From NCBI RefSeq assembly GCF_022846255.1, contig NZ_AP025682.1: a DNA stretch of 64,000 bases; one strand, written 5' to 3'. Source of the DNA: Escherichia coli (GTDB lineage: Bacteria > Pseudomonadota > Gammaproteobacteria > Enterobacterales > Enterobacteriaceae). The notes under the pieces are model-generated. The model was not told the origin of the DNA and ran no database searches. It worked only from the letters and a program-made list of their open reading frames with translations. Made by a program: the position numbers and the translations under genes. How positions within the stretch are numbered: the first letter of the stretch is position 1; each line of letters begins with the position of its first letter. This document shows positions 42,984-52,978 of the stretch, piece by piece.

Positions 42984-44597
42984 TTAATGCTTCACAATAT
43001 ACATAGTCCGACTGTACGCCACATCTTCAGGGTTATTAATGGGATAACCTTTCAGCCACGGCTTGATTAATCGTCCATTGGTATATTGATAAATTGGTGC
43101 AATCGGTGCTTGCTCCATGAGGATTTTTTCTGCCGCGTTGTAATCGGCATTACGCGCTTTAACGGTATTTTCCGTCGATGCCTGGGCCAGAACTTTGTCA
43201 TATGCCGGATTGTTAAAGCGTGAAATATTCCCGGAATGCGTTGACGTTAATAATGTCAGGAAAGTGGAGGGTTCATTATAATCCCCTACCCACGAGGCGC
43301 GGATAACATCAAAATTGCCGGTATTACGGCTATCGATATAGGTTTTCCATTCCTGGTTTTGCAATTTAACATCTACGCCCAGGTTCTTTTTCCACATCGA
43401 TGCTACAGCAATCGCAATTTTTTGATGGTTTTCTGAAGTGTTATACAAAAGCGTCAGCTTCAGCGGTTTTTGCGGACCATAACCAGCTGCGCTCAACAAA
43501 GTTTTTGCCTGCGCATTCAGTTCTTCCTGACTCATTTGTTCAAACGGCGAAGGTTCCGGCGTAAATCCCGCGGTAACATCTGGTGTAAAATGCCACGCTG
43601 GCTTTTCGCCCGTCCCCAACACTTTTTCGGTCATCAGGCGGCGATCTATCGTCATACTTAATGCCAGGCGAACGCGCTGATCTGCCGTCGGCCCTTTTTG
43701 CGTGTTAAACGCATAATAATAGGTCCCGAGCTGTGGCGGCGTATAAACCTGCCCCGGAATATCCTTCAACAACTTCTGATACATATTTTTCGGGAAGGAT
43801 TCGGTGATATCAATATCCCCCGCGAGATAACGCTTAGTGGCTGCGGATTCCTGATTAATTGGCAGGAAGGTCACTTTTTGCAGTACCGTTTTGGCGTTAT
43901 CCCAATAATGGGTATTCGGCACTACGACCAGTTTTTCATTGACTACGCGCTCTTTAAGAACATAAGCGCCATTGCCGATCAGATTTCCGGGTTTCGTCCA
44001 CTCTTTACTGCTTTCTACGTTGGCTTTTTGCACCGGGAAGAAGGCAAAGTTAGCGGTTAAATTCACAAACCACGGCAATGGTTTATCAAGCTGGATTTTC
44101 AAAGTATGGGCATCAACTGCGGTGACGCCAAGCTGGTCAGGCGCGGCTTTACCATCAATAATCGCCTGTGCGTTGTTGATTCCCGCCAGCGCGGCAAACC
44201 ATGCAAATGGCGATAGCGTTTTCGGGTCCACCAGACGTTGCCAGCTGTAGACAAAATCTTGCGCCGTTACCGGTGTGCCATCCGCCCATTTTGCGTTATC
44301 GCGCAGGGTAAAAGTCCAGATACGGTTGTCATTACTTTTCCACTGAGTCGCAACGCCGGGGACAATCTCCCCTTTCTCGTTCTGATTCACCAGTCCTTCA
44401 AACAGATCGCGAATGACCTGAATCTCCGGCAGGCCCACGGCTTTAGCGGGATCCAGCGACGCTGGCTCATCTTTAATGTGGCGCACCAGCTCCTGCTTCT
44501 CTGCCAGTACTGTGCCGCTCGGAACTTCAGCAGCATACGAAAGAGAAATGCTGCTGACCAACAGCGCACAACACGTGACTGAAACAGAGTGCTTCAT
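42984..44597 (-). CDS. mppA: Periplasmic murein tripeptide-binding protein (OppA paralogue), 537 aa
   Basis: Start at MKHSVSVTCCALLVSSISLSYA (signal peptide); family 5 solute-binding protein; 537 aa. Confidence 0.9.
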   Translation of the reverse strand: MKHSVSVTCCALLVSSISLSYAAEVPSGTVLAEKQELVRHIKDEPASLDPAKAVGLPEIQVIRDLFEGLVNQNEKGEIVPGVATQWKSNDNRIWTFTLRDNAKWADGTPVTAQDFVYSWQRLVDPKTLSPFAWFAALAGINNAQAIIDGKAAPDQLGVTAVDAHTLKIQLDKPLPWFVNLTANFAFFPVQKANVESSKEWTKPGNLIGNGAYVLKERVVNEKLVVVPNTHYWDNAKTVLQKVTFLPINQESAATKRYLAGDIDITESFPKNMYQKLLKDIPGQVYTPPQLGTYYYAFNTQKGPTADQRVRLALSMTIDRRLMTEKVLGTGEKPAWHFTPDVTAGFTPEPSPFEQMSQEELNAQAKTLLSAAGYGPQKPLKLTLLYNTSENHQKIAIAVASMWKKNLGVDVKLQNQEWKTYIDSRNTGNFDVIRASWVGDYNEPSTFLTLLTSTHSGNISRFNNPAYDKVLAQASTENTVKARNADYNAAEKILMEQAPIAPIYQYTNGRLIKPWLKGYPINNPEDVAYSRTMYIVKH

Positions 44598-44659
44598 AAG
44601 TTTCCCTCTAACCGACATTAAAATTGATGCGTAATTATTTGTTTCGCTTTAAAGAAATG

Positions 44660-44686
44660 CAAACAACTTCCATCAAAAAAGTGACA
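44660..44686 (+). repeat. Copy A of a ~27 bp imperfect direct repeat (caaacaacttccNNcaaaaaagtgaNa)
   Basis: caaacaacttccatcaaaaaagtgaca; 63-89 bp upstream of the mppA start codon; matches copy B at 47771..47797 in 24 of 27 positions. Confidence 0.6.
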
Positions 44687-44933
44687 AAGGAAGCATCAAA
44701 TGTTTTAAGTATCAATATATCAAATCAGATTTAGTGTAAATAATAGTCTCCAAAATGCGGTAAAGCACATAGAACTCCGAACACTACGTTCGGGCTTCGC
44801 ACATTCAAACCCGTTTTCGGTATCATAATCAGCATCTGTCGCCATTGTGCGAAGAATAAAAAATAACCAAAACGTTGAAAGGAACTGAGAATACGTTAAG
44901 AGAAGAATTAAATTAATGTATCAGCAAGTAGTG

Positions 44934-45833
44934 CTAAACAGCACCTTTATACTTCAGCCTATCTATAAATAATGAGAATGCCGAGCCAGCATGTCGACGG
45001 TGTGGATAGTACAGGTGATAACCGGGTAAATCTGGTGTGAATTTATCCAAAACACGTATCAGTTTTTTTTCTTTAATAGCCCGCTCAACCTGATCATAAG
45101 GTAGATACGCCAATCCATGCCCATCAATTGCAGCATCAATGATCAGGTCTATCGTATTCAGTAAAAGCTGACCTTCCATGCGAACACGAACTTCACGTCC
45201 ACCGCGTATTAATCTCCAGCGATTTGCTGTACCCGATGTGGGAAGATACAAATTAATTGCCTGATGATCTATTAATTGTGACACTGACGTTGGAGCACTT
45301 CGACGAGAAAAATAATCCGGTGAGCCAACAATAGCCATTGGTATGTCTGGCCCGATTCGAATGGCGATCATATCTTTATCCATCTCCCCACCCAGACGGA
45401 CGCCTGCATCAAAACGTTCAGAAACGACATCGGTCAAACCATAATCAATGGTAAGCTGAATATCAATTTCAGGATGCGATTTCAGGAATGTGCGCATAGC
45501 TGGTAACAATATCGTTTTTGCTGCATGTTCTACAGTAGTAATACGTATTGTCCCGGATGGGCGGTTCTGCAGATCGCTCAGGGAAGTCAGGGCAGAATCT
45601 ATGTCATGCAACATAGGGCCAAGAACAGACAAAAGATGCTCGCCCGCTTCAGTGGGTACAACGCTGCGCGTGGTTCGCGTCAGAAGCCGCAATCCCAATC
45701 GTTCTTCTATACGGCGCACTATCTGGCTTAAAGCTGACTGCGCCATGCTCAGGCGGGCTGCTGCGCGAGTGAAGCTACGCTCCTCTGCAACAACGACAAA
45801 CGCCATCAGATCAGCGATTTCTTCACGCTTCAT
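44934..45833 (-). CDS. ycjZ: LysR-family transcriptional regulator, 299 aa
   Basis: N-terminal HTH (FTRAAARLSMAQSALSQIVRRIE) and LysR substrate-binding domain; 299 aa. Confidence 0.85.
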   Translation of the reverse strand: MKREEIADLMAFVVVAEERSFTRAAARLSMAQSALSQIVRRIEERLGLRLLTRTTRSVVPTEAGEHLLSVLGPMLHDIDSALTSLSDLQNRPSGTIRITTVEHAAKTILLPAMRTFLKSHPEIDIQLTIDYGLTDVVSERFDAGVRLGGEMDKDMIAIRIGPDIPMAIVGSPDYFSRRSAPTSVSQLIDHQAINLYLPTSGTANRWRLIRGGREVRVRMEGQLLLNTIDLIIDAAIDGHGLAYLPYDQVERAIKEKKLIRVLDKFTPDLPGYHLYYPHRRHAGSAFSLFIDRLKYKGAV

Positions 45834-45853
45834 TCAGTATCTCCATACAATCT

Positions 45854-45899
45854 ATTAATCATTTAAATGATAGGTCTAATCATGATTTTGGGTCTAATC
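45854..45899. promoter_or_regulatory. Cluster of palindromic TAATCA-containing boxes in the ycjZ-ycjY divergent promoter region (candidate LysR-type binding sites)
   Basis: Perfect palindromes ATCATTTAAATGAT (45857..45870) and AATCATGATT (45877..45886), with a third taatca copy at 45893; read directly. Confidence 0.45.
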
Positions 45900-45970
45900 A
45901 ACTTAATGATCAATATCTATAGTGATATCACCAACCGTTAAAACGAACCGACAACTCCATGAGGAACGGA

Positions 45971-46891
45971 ATGATGAATAATAAAGTCAGCTTCACTAAC
46001 AGCAATAATCCAACCATCTCTTTGTCTGCAGTGATCTATTTCCCTCCAAAATTTGATGAAACCCGTCAGTATCCGGCAATTGTGGTATCTCACCCAGGTG
46101 GGGGCGTTAAAGAGCAAACGGCCGGAACCTATGCCGAAAAACTGGCGGAAAAGGGATTTGTCACTATTGCTTATGACGCATCTTATCAAGGTGAAAGCGG
46201 CGGCGAGCCGCGTCAGTTAGAAAACCCATACATTCGTACTGAAGACGTCAGTGCCGTGATTGATTACCTGACAACGCTTTCTTATGTCGACAATACCCGA
46301 ATTGGTGCGATGGGAATTTGTGCCGGTGCAGGATATACAGCCAATGCTGCAATTCAGGATCGCCGCATCAAGGCCATCGGTACTGTTAGTGCGGTCAATA
46401 TTGGTTCGATGTTCCGTAATGGTTGGGAAAACAATGTGAAATCTATTGATGCCCTACCATACGTTGACGCGGGTTCAAACGCCCGAACCAGCGATATTAG
46501 CAGCGGAGAATACGCCACTATGCCACTGGCACCAATGAAGGAGTCCGATGCGCCGAACGAAGAACTGCGTCAGGCCTGGGAATATTACCACACCCCTCGC
46601 GCGCAGTATCCAACAGCACCGGGTTACGCTACTTTGCGCAGCCTTAACCAGATTATTACCTATGATGCTTACCATATGGCGGAAGTGTACCTGACTCAGC
46701 CGATACAGATTGTGGCGGGCAGCCAGGCTGGGAGCAAATGGATGAGTGACGACCTGTACGATCGAGCATCAAGCCAGGATAAACGCTATCACATTGTTGA
46801 AGGCGCAAACCATATGGATCTTTATGATGGCAAAGTCTATATGGCTGAAGCAATTTCAGTATTAGCTCCGTTCTTTGAGGAAACTCTGTAA
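45971..46891 (+). CDS. ycjY: Alpha/beta-hydrolase (dienelactone-hydrolase-like), 306 aa
   Basis: Start at MMNNKVSF after a gagg RBS; hydrolase fold with nucleophile elbow (GICAGAG); 306 aa. Confidence 0.85.
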   Translation: MMNNKVSFTNSNNPTISLSAVIYFPPKFDETRQYPAIVVSHPGGGVKEQTAGTYAEKLAEKGFVTIAYDASYQGESGGEPRQLENPYIRTEDVSAVIDYLTTLSYVDNTRIGAMGICAGAGYTANAAIQDRRIKAIGTVSAVNIGSMFRNGWENNVKSIDALPYVDAGSNARTSDISSGEYATMPLAPMKESDAPNEELRQAWEYYHTPRAQYPTAPGYATLRSLNQIITYDAYHMAEVYLTQPIQIVAGSQAGSKWMSDDLYDRASSQDKRYHIVEGANHMDLYDGKVYMAEAISVLAPFFEETL

Positions 46892-46961
46892 TGAAACATA
46901 TTCAAATCCGTAATAGTGATATGGCCTGGCATATTGCTGCCAATAATCTGGGAAAAGTTTC

Positions 46962-47600
46962 ATGAAAAATGTACTGATTCTTGGTGCTGGCGGTCAGATA
47001 GCCCGCCATGTGATTAATCAACTGGCAGATAAACAAACCATTAAACAAACTTTATTTGCCCGTCAGCCAGCAAAAATCCACAAACCCTATCCAACTAATA
47101 GCAAGATTATTATGGGGGATGTACTGAATCATGCAGCATTGAAGCAGGCCATGCAGGGACAGGATGTTGTGTATGCCAACCTTACGGGGGAAGATTTAGA
47201 TATTCAGGCAAATTCAGTGATCGCTGCGATGAAAGCCTGTGATGTTAAACGTCTGATCTTTGTTCTTTCCCTCGGTATTTATGATGAAGTTCCAGGAAAA
47301 TTTGGCGAATGGAATAATGCAGTTATTGGTGAACCCCTAAAACCATTCCGCAGGGCTGCGGATGCAATTGAGGCTTCTGGACTGGAATATACAATTCTTC
47401 GCCCTGCCTGGCTGACTGATGAAGATATTATTGATTATGAGCTTACCTCACGCAATGAACCATTCAAAGGTACGATCGTATCACGTAAGAGTGTCGCAGC
47501 ATTAATCACAGATATCATCGATAAACCTGAGAAACACATTGGTGAGAATATAGGCATCAATCAACCCGGGACTGATGGTGATAAGCCCTTCTTCATGTAA
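46962..47600 (+). CDS. ymjC: NAD(P)-binding Rossmann-fold protein (NmrA/SDR-like), full-length 212 aa
   Basis: N-terminal GAGGQIARH dinucleotide-binding motif; uninterrupted here, whereas ymjC is recalled as a pseudogene in K-12. Confidence 0.7.
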   Translation: MKNVLILGAGGQIARHVINQLADKQTIKQTLFARQPAKIHKPYPTNSKIIMGDVLNHAALKQAMQGQDVVYANLTGEDLDIQANSVIAAMKACDVKRLIFVLSLGIYDEVPGKFGEWNNAVIGEPLKPFRRAADAIEASGLEYTILRPAWLTDEDIIDYELTSRNEPFKGTIVSRKSVAALITDIIDKPEKHIGENIGINQPGTDGDKPFFM

Positions 47601-47770
47601 ATCAATTATATAGCTACCATCGTACTGTACTATGTGCAGTACGATTTATTAAACTTATTAAGGTGAACTGATCAATCAGATGCGATTAACATGTGTAGAA
47701 CCAGTAAGAATAAAATACGCCATGTATATAACATTACGACAATTCTAATATCTGCACATCAATGAAAATA

Positions 47771-47797
47771 CAAACAACTTCCGGCAAAAAAGTGATA
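47771..47797 (+). repeat. Copy B of the ~27 bp imperfect direct repeat
   Basis: caaacaacttccggcaaaaaagtgata; 94-120 bp upstream of the mpaA start codon. Confidence 0.6.
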
Positions 47798-47890
47798 CAA
47801 GATCGATGACATAGCGTTGAAGAAAAGGATTTGATAATCCGCAAAATTTGCACAACACTGCCTGTAATACTTCCTGAACCAGAGACGATC

Positions 47891-48619
47891 ATGACCGTAA
47901 CTCGCCCACGCGCCGAACGCGGCGCATTTCCGCCCGGAACAGAACATTACGGACGTTCATTATTGGGCGCGCCGTTAATCTGGTTTCCGGCCCCTGCAGC
48001 CAGTCACGAAAGTGGTTTGATTCTGGCTGGCACTCACGGTGATGAAAACTCTTCGATCGTCACGCTCTCCTGTGCTCTGCGGACTTTGACACCTTCTTTG
48101 CGCCGCCATCATGTGGTGCTGTGTGTGAATCCTGACGGCTGCCAGTTAGGGTTACGGGCCAATGCTAATGGTGTGGATTTAAACCGAAACTTTCCGGCAG
48201 CGAACTGGAAGGAAGGTGAAACAGTTTATCGCTGGAACAGCGCCGCTGAAGAACGTGATGTTGTATTACTGACAGGTGACAAACCTGGCTCCGAACCTGA
48301 AACCCAGGCGCTGTGCCAGCTTATACACCGCATTCAACCTGCCTGGGTGGTCTCATTCCACGATCCGCTGGCCTGTATTGAAGATCCCAGACACAGCGAA
48401 TTAGGTGAATGGCTGGCCCAGGCGTTTGAATTGCCTCTGGTAACCAGCGTCGGTTATGAAACGCCTGGCTCTTTCGGCAGTTGGTGTGCAGATCTCAACT
48501 TGCATTGCATCACCGCAGAGTTTCCACCCATCTCCTCCGACGAAGCCAGCGAAAAATATCTCTTTGCGATGGCAAACTTGCTGCGCTGGCATCCTAAAGA
48601 TGCAATTCGCCCGTCGTGA
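47891..48619 (+). CDS. mpaA: Murein peptide amidase A (zinc carboxypeptidase family), 242 aa
   Basis: Start at MTVTRPRAERG; zinc-binding HGDE motif; 242 aa. Confidence 0.85.
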   Translation: MTVTRPRAERGAFPPGTEHYGRSLLGAPLIWFPAPAASHESGLILAGTHGDENSSIVTLSCALRTLTPSLRRHHVVLCVNPDGCQLGLRANANGVDLNRNFPAANWKEGETVYRWNSAAEERDVVLLTGDKPGSEPETQALCQLIHRIQPAWVVSFHDPLACIEDPRHSELGEWLAQAFELPLVTSVGYETPGSFGSWCADLNLHCITAEFPPISSDEASEKYLFAMANLLRWHPKDAIRPS

Positions 48620-49559
48620 ACTGAAGCGCCGGTTCCACATCTACCGCCAGCCAGGTCGGTCCGTCAAGATCGGCGAAACTGACCTGCGGCACCAGCGGTA
48701 AAGCGGCGCTAATGGCACGAGAGGTACACAACATGCAGCCCAGCATCAGACGAAAACCTTGTGCACGCGCTTCAGTCGCCAGCGCCAGCGCTTCCGTCAG
48801 ACCACCGGTTTTATCAAGCTTAATGTTAACCATCTCATAGCGCCCTTTCAGCGCCTTCAGATTGCTACGAGTATGACAACTTTCATCAGCACAAATCGGT
48901 AACGGATGAATAAAATTCTCCAGCGCCGCATCGTCCTGCGCAGGAAGCGGTTGTTCAAGCATCGCAACGCCTAAATCCGCCAATAGCTGGCAACGCGCCG
49001 CCAACCCTTCTGCACGCCAGGATTCATTTGCATCAACGATCAGCGTCGCATCGGGCACAGCTGTGCGAATTGCCACCATCCGCTCACTGATAAGATGGTT
49101 ATCCAGCTTCACTTTCAGTAATTTCGCGCCTGCCTGCCAGAGTGTTGATGCACTATTGGCCATCTGATCAGGCGTACCGATGACTATCGTCTGTGCCGTG
49201 GTGACTGTCTCGGGAAGCGTTATGCCGATCAAATCAGCCAGCGATTGCTGCTGTTTTCGCGCCGCCAGATCCCACAATGCACAATCCAGCGCATTACGTG
49301 CTGCGCCGGCAGGGAGGATTTTTTGCAACTCCTCCCGTGTCAGCCCTTTCTCTAATTGCGGCACGACGCTCATAATTTGCGCCATTACCGAGGCATCACT
49401 TTCCCCATAACGCGGATACGGCGTGCATTCGCCGGTGCCTTTAATACCCTCTTCTTCCAGTTCAACCACCACCACGCGCGCTTCACTGCGACTTCCCCGA
49501 GCAATCACAAACGGGGTATGTAAGGGCCAGGCCTCCTCAAATACCTTAACGGTTCTCAT
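48594..49559 (-). CDS. ycjG: L-Ala-D/L-Glu epimerase (enolase superfamily), 321 aa
   Basis: Start at MRTVKVFEEAW; enolase-superfamily fold with KxK motif (KVKLDNH); 3' end overlaps the 3' end of mpaA by 26 bp. Confidence 0.85.
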   Translation of the reverse strand: MRTVKVFEEAWPLHTPFVIARGSRSEARVVVVELEEEGIKGTGECTPYPRYGESDASVMAQIMSVVPQLEKGLTREELQKILPAGAARNALDCALWDLAARKQQQSLADLIGITLPETVTTAQTIVIGTPDQMANSASTLWQAGAKLLKVKLDNHLISERMVAIRTAVPDATLIVDANESWRAEGLAARCQLLADLGVAMLEQPLPAQDDAALENFIHPLPICADESCHTRSNLKALKGRYEMVNIKLDKTGGLTEALALATEARAQGFRLMLGCMLCTSRAISAALPLVPQVSFADLDGPTWLAVDVEPALQFTTGELHL

Positions 49560-49677
49560 CTTTACTCCTTGTTGTCGCGGTGGTCTGCGGATTAAGCGCA
49601 AATAGCGTTTGCTGTGTTATTGACAGTTAGCATAAACTAGGTGTGACGTTAACTATATGTAAACAGGAAAGATAATC

Positions 49678-50184
49678 ATGTCACAAACCGTTCATTTCCA
49701 GGGCAACCCGGTTACAGTCGCCAATTCCATCCCGCAGGCGGGTAGCAAAGCGCAGACTTTTACTCTCGTGGCAAAAGATCTGTCTGACGTCACCCTCGGT
49801 CAGTTTGCGGGTAAACGCAAAGTGCTGAACATTTTCCCGAGTATTGATACCGGTGTTTGCGCCGCATCAGTACGTAAGTTTAACCAACTGGCAACCGAGA
49901 TCGACAACACCGTTGTGCTGTGTATCTCTGCCGATCTGCCGTTCGCCCAGTCTCGTTTCTGCGGCGCAGAAGGTCTGAACAACGTTATCACCCTCTCCAC
50001 TTTCCGTAACGCTGAATTCCTGCAAGCCTACGGTGTGGCAATTGCTGATGGCCCACTGAAAGGTCTGGCAGCGCGTGCCGTTGTGGTTATTGATGAAAAT
50101 GACAATGTGATTTTCAGCCAGCTGGTGGATGAAATCACCACCGAGCCGGATTACGAAGCAGCTCTGGCTGTACTGAAAGCATAA
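49678..50184 (+). CDS. tpx: Thiol peroxidase (atypical 2-Cys peroxiredoxin), 168 aa
   Basis: Peroxidatic Cys in SIDTGVCA; 168 aa. Confidence 0.95.
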   Translation: MSQTVHFQGNPVTVANSIPQAGSKAQTFTLVAKDLSDVTLGQFAGKRKVLNIFPSIDTGVCAASVRKFNQLATEIDNTVVLCISADLPFAQSRFCGAEGLNNVITLSTFRNAEFLQAYGVAIADGPLKGLAARAVVVIDENDNVIFSQLVDEITTEPDYEAALAVLKA

Positions 50185-50189
50185 GTTAA

Positions 50190-50222
50190 TATGCCTGATG
50201 GTGTTGCACCATCAGGCATATT
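50190..50222. terminator. Bidirectional hairpin between tpx and tyrR
   Basis: atatgcctgatggtg-ttgc-accatcaggcatat, a 15-bp perfect stem between convergent genes. Confidence 0.6.
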
Positions 50223-50227
50223 CACGC

Positions 50228-51769
50228 TTACTCTTCGTTCTTCTTCTGACTCAGACCATATTCCCGCAACTTATTGGCAATCGCGGTATGTGAAACGCCG
50301 AGACGTTTTGCCAGTTTGCGCGTGCTGGGATAATTGCGATAAAGCTGAGTTAATACCGAGCGTTCAAAACGGCTGGTGATTTCGTCCAGCGAACCTTCCA
50401 TCGCATCTTCGCCCACGGCTACCGTTGCGGCGTCATAATCCGGCAACAAAATATCCTGTGGACGCAGCTCATAACCGTCCAGTTGTGTCAGTGCGCGATA
50501 GATAGCGTTCTTTAACTGCCGCACATTTCCCGGCCACGCATAACGCGTAAGTACAGTATTCAGATCAGCGGCCAGTTTCGGACGCGGCACGCCCTGCTCG
50601 TCGGCAAAGCGGGCGACGAACAGCTCGGTTAACGGCATGATGTCCTGCGGACAGTCACGTAGCGGCGGCAGATTGAGCGTCAACACGTTCAGACGATAAT
50701 AGAGATCTTCACGGAACACGCCTTTTTGCACCAGTTCGACCAGATTCTTCTGCGTAGCACAAATCACCCGCACATCGACATGCACCTCATGGTCTTCGCC
50801 AACCCGACGGAAGGTGCCATCATTAAGGAAACGCAGTAATTTCGCCTGCATCCGTGGTGACATCTCACCTATTTCATCCAACAGCACCGAACCACCGTTC
50901 GCCTGCTCAAAGAACCCTTTCTTCCCTTCCGGAGCATGACCAAACAGTTCACTCTCGACCGCATCTTCCGGTATAGACGCACAGTTCAGTGCCAGGTAAG
51001 GTTTGCTCGCTCTGGGGCTTGCCTGATGACAGGCATACGCAAAGAGATCTTTTCCGGTGCCGGTATCACCCGTAATCAGCAGTGGCGCGCTTAGCATCGC
51101 CAGTTTCTGCGCCTGTTCGACAACATGCTTCATTCTCGGGCTGACAGCGACAATTTGACTGAAGGCGCTGACATCCTGGGCGGCGACATTTTGCAACTGA
51201 CGGCCCATACGAATCGTTGATCGCAGCATCACCACCGCACCGGTCAGGACGTGTTGATCATTTTCATCCTGAAGATAAACAGGCGTAATCTCCATCAGGA
51301 AATTCTGCCCATTAATAACGACATGCTCGTTATGCGAATCTTGCGGTTCGCTTTCCAGCCAGCGTAAAAAATTAAAGCCGTTAATCAATTGCGCGGCGGT
51401 ATGGTTGCGCAGGCGATCCAATTTTTGCCCAAAAAGCTGACAGCTCGCCGGGTTCGCCATATCCACTTTGCTTTTCATATCGACAGAGAGCACAGGTTCA
51501 GGCAACGCCTCCAGTAACGCGCTCAACGCCAGATGCTCACGTTCGGAAGGCATCCACGGGACAGTACGCACATCGGTAACACCTGCAATACGGCGTATTT
51601 CGGCCATCAGACTGCTGAAACTCTCAAACTCCAGTTCAGCAAAATTGAGGTAGATTCGCCCAATGGGGTCAATCTCAATACCGCGTAAATCAATGCCTCT
51701 TAGCACGAGTAGATCGAGTAATTCGCGGGTCAGACCGAGTCGGTCTTCACAAAAGACTTCCAGACGCAT
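50228..51769 (-). CDS. tyrR: Transcriptional regulator TyrR (sigma-54-type AAA+ domain), 513 aa
   Basis: Start at MRLEVFCEDRLGLTRELLDLL; ACT/PAS N-terminus, AAA+ domain (GDTGTGKD, GAFTGA-like region) and C-terminal HTH; 513 aa. Confidence 0.95.
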   Translation of the reverse strand: MRLEVFCEDRLGLTRELLDLLVLRGIDLRGIEIDPIGRIYLNFAELEFESFSSLMAEIRRIAGVTDVRTVPWMPSEREHLALSALLEALPEPVLSVDMKSKVDMANPASCQLFGQKLDRLRNHTAAQLINGFNFLRWLESEPQDSHNEHVVINGQNFLMEITPVYLQDENDQHVLTGAVVMLRSTIRMGRQLQNVAAQDVSAFSQIVAVSPRMKHVVEQAQKLAMLSAPLLITGDTGTGKDLFAYACHQASPRASKPYLALNCASIPEDAVESELFGHAPEGKKGFFEQANGGSVLLDEIGEMSPRMQAKLLRFLNDGTFRRVGEDHEVHVDVRVICATQKNLVELVQKGVFREDLYYRLNVLTLNLPPLRDCPQDIMPLTELFVARFADEQGVPRPKLAADLNTVLTRYAWPGNVRQLKNAIYRALTQLDGYELRPQDILLPDYDAATVAVGEDAMEGSLDEITSRFERSVLTQLYRNYPSTRKLAKRLGVSHTAIANKLREYGLSQKKNEE

Positions 51770-51839
51770 GGGAACCTTCACCTGAAAAAAGAACAATTAA
51801 TATGATGATATGACACTATTTGGATAGCAGGAAGGTTTC

Positions 51840-51857
51840 TGTCAACAATCATTGACA
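51840..51857. promoter_or_regulatory. TyrR-box-like palindrome upstream of tyrR
   Basis: TGTCAA-caatca-TTGACA fits the TGTAAA-N6-TTTACA pattern; ~70 bp upstream of the tyrR start codon. Confidence 0.5.
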
Positions 51858-51916
51858 CAAAGACGGAAAAACGGGCACTTCGGCGTAAAGATATCCGGTC
51901 AGCACCCGATATTGCA

Positions 51917-52978
51917 TTATTTTTCGCTGGGCGTTTTGCCTTTTTGCAGCGTCTCTTTCACCTGACCGATAAGCTGACGACGGAAATCCCCGAGGCGAGG
52001 TTTGTCATCGTCAATCCACGGCAGCGGGCGGCAAAGCTCCATAGCTTTAATCCCCAGTCGTGCCGTCAGAAGTCCAGCACCAATCCCCTGAGCTGCCCGG
52101 GTAGACAAACGCGCAGCGAGATCTTGCGACATCCAGTCCATCCCCACTTCGCGCACCAGTTCGCTGGCTCCGGCGAAAGCGATATTCAGCAATACCAGCT
52201 TAAACAGGCGCAAACGGCTGTAATACCCCAGTTCAATGCCATACAGCGTGGCGATGCGATTAATCAAACGCAGATTGCGCCAGGCGATAAATGCCATATC
52301 CACCAGCGCCAGCGGGCTGACCGCAATCATCAATGTTGATTCCGCTGCCGAACGGCTGATTTCACGCCGCGCCTGGGCATCTAAAACTGGCTGGACCAAA
52401 TGCGCATACAAACTGACCACTTCACGGTCGTTTTGCGTTTCATGGATTGAGGCATACCAGCGTTGCAGAGCCGGATGTGACTGATCGATGCCCGCCTGCT
52501 GCGCCAGTTTTTCGCAGAATGCACGGCCTTTACCCGTGCCGTGACTGTGCAACAAATCGCGCGCTTCGTCGCGTTCATGGGCGCGCTGTCGCAAGCGCCA
52601 TAAGCGCCGCCACTCTGTTACCACAGAACCTACGCCAGCGCCGATAATCAATGCCCCAGCGGCACATCCACCCAGCGCCACCCAGTCCTGGGTTTGCCAG
52701 GCGTTCATTGTCCACTGCACGCCCTGCCCGACAACGCTTGCGCCAAACAGAGCCAGCCCGCCCATCACCATTTTGCGCCACAGGCTGCGTTTCGGACGTA
52801 ACGCTGCATCCATTACCGCTTCAACTTGCCCCTCTTCTTCCTGCGCTTCGTCGAGCGTGGCCGGGGCAAAATTTTGCGCCTGATTTTCGTCAAAGGTTTG
52901 CTGAGCCCTGAATTTTGGATTCTGATCGACATCCAGCGGACCGTCGAAATCAATACGTGGTTTTAACGGTTCGGTCAT
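51917..52978 (-). CDS. ycjF: DUF697 inner-membrane protein, 353 aa
   Basis: 353 aa; overlaps upstream ycjX by 4 bp, as in the K-12 ycjXF operon. Confidence 0.85.
   Translation of the reverse strand: MTEPLKPRIDFDGPLDVDQNPKFRAQQTFDENQAQNFAPATLDEAQEEEGQVEAVMDAALRPKRSLWRKMVMGGLALFGASVVGQGVQWTMNAWQTQDWVALGGCAAGALIIGAGVGSVVTEWRRLWRLRQRAHERDEARDLLHSHGTGKGRAFCEKLAQQAGIDQSHPALQRWYASIHETQNDREVVSLYAHLVQPVLDAQARREISRSAAESTLMIAVSPLALVDMAFIAWRNLRLINRIATLYGIELGYYSRLRLFKLVLLNIAFAGASELVREVGMDWMSQDLAARLSTRAAQGIGAGLLTARLGIKAMELCRPLPWIDDDKPRLGDFRRQLIGQVKETLQKGKTPSEK

Noticed and set aside
47759-47947. 62 aa minus-strand ORF overlapping the mpaA start
   Set aside because: Overlaps the mpaA promoter and 5' end antisense; no RBS; low-complexity translation.
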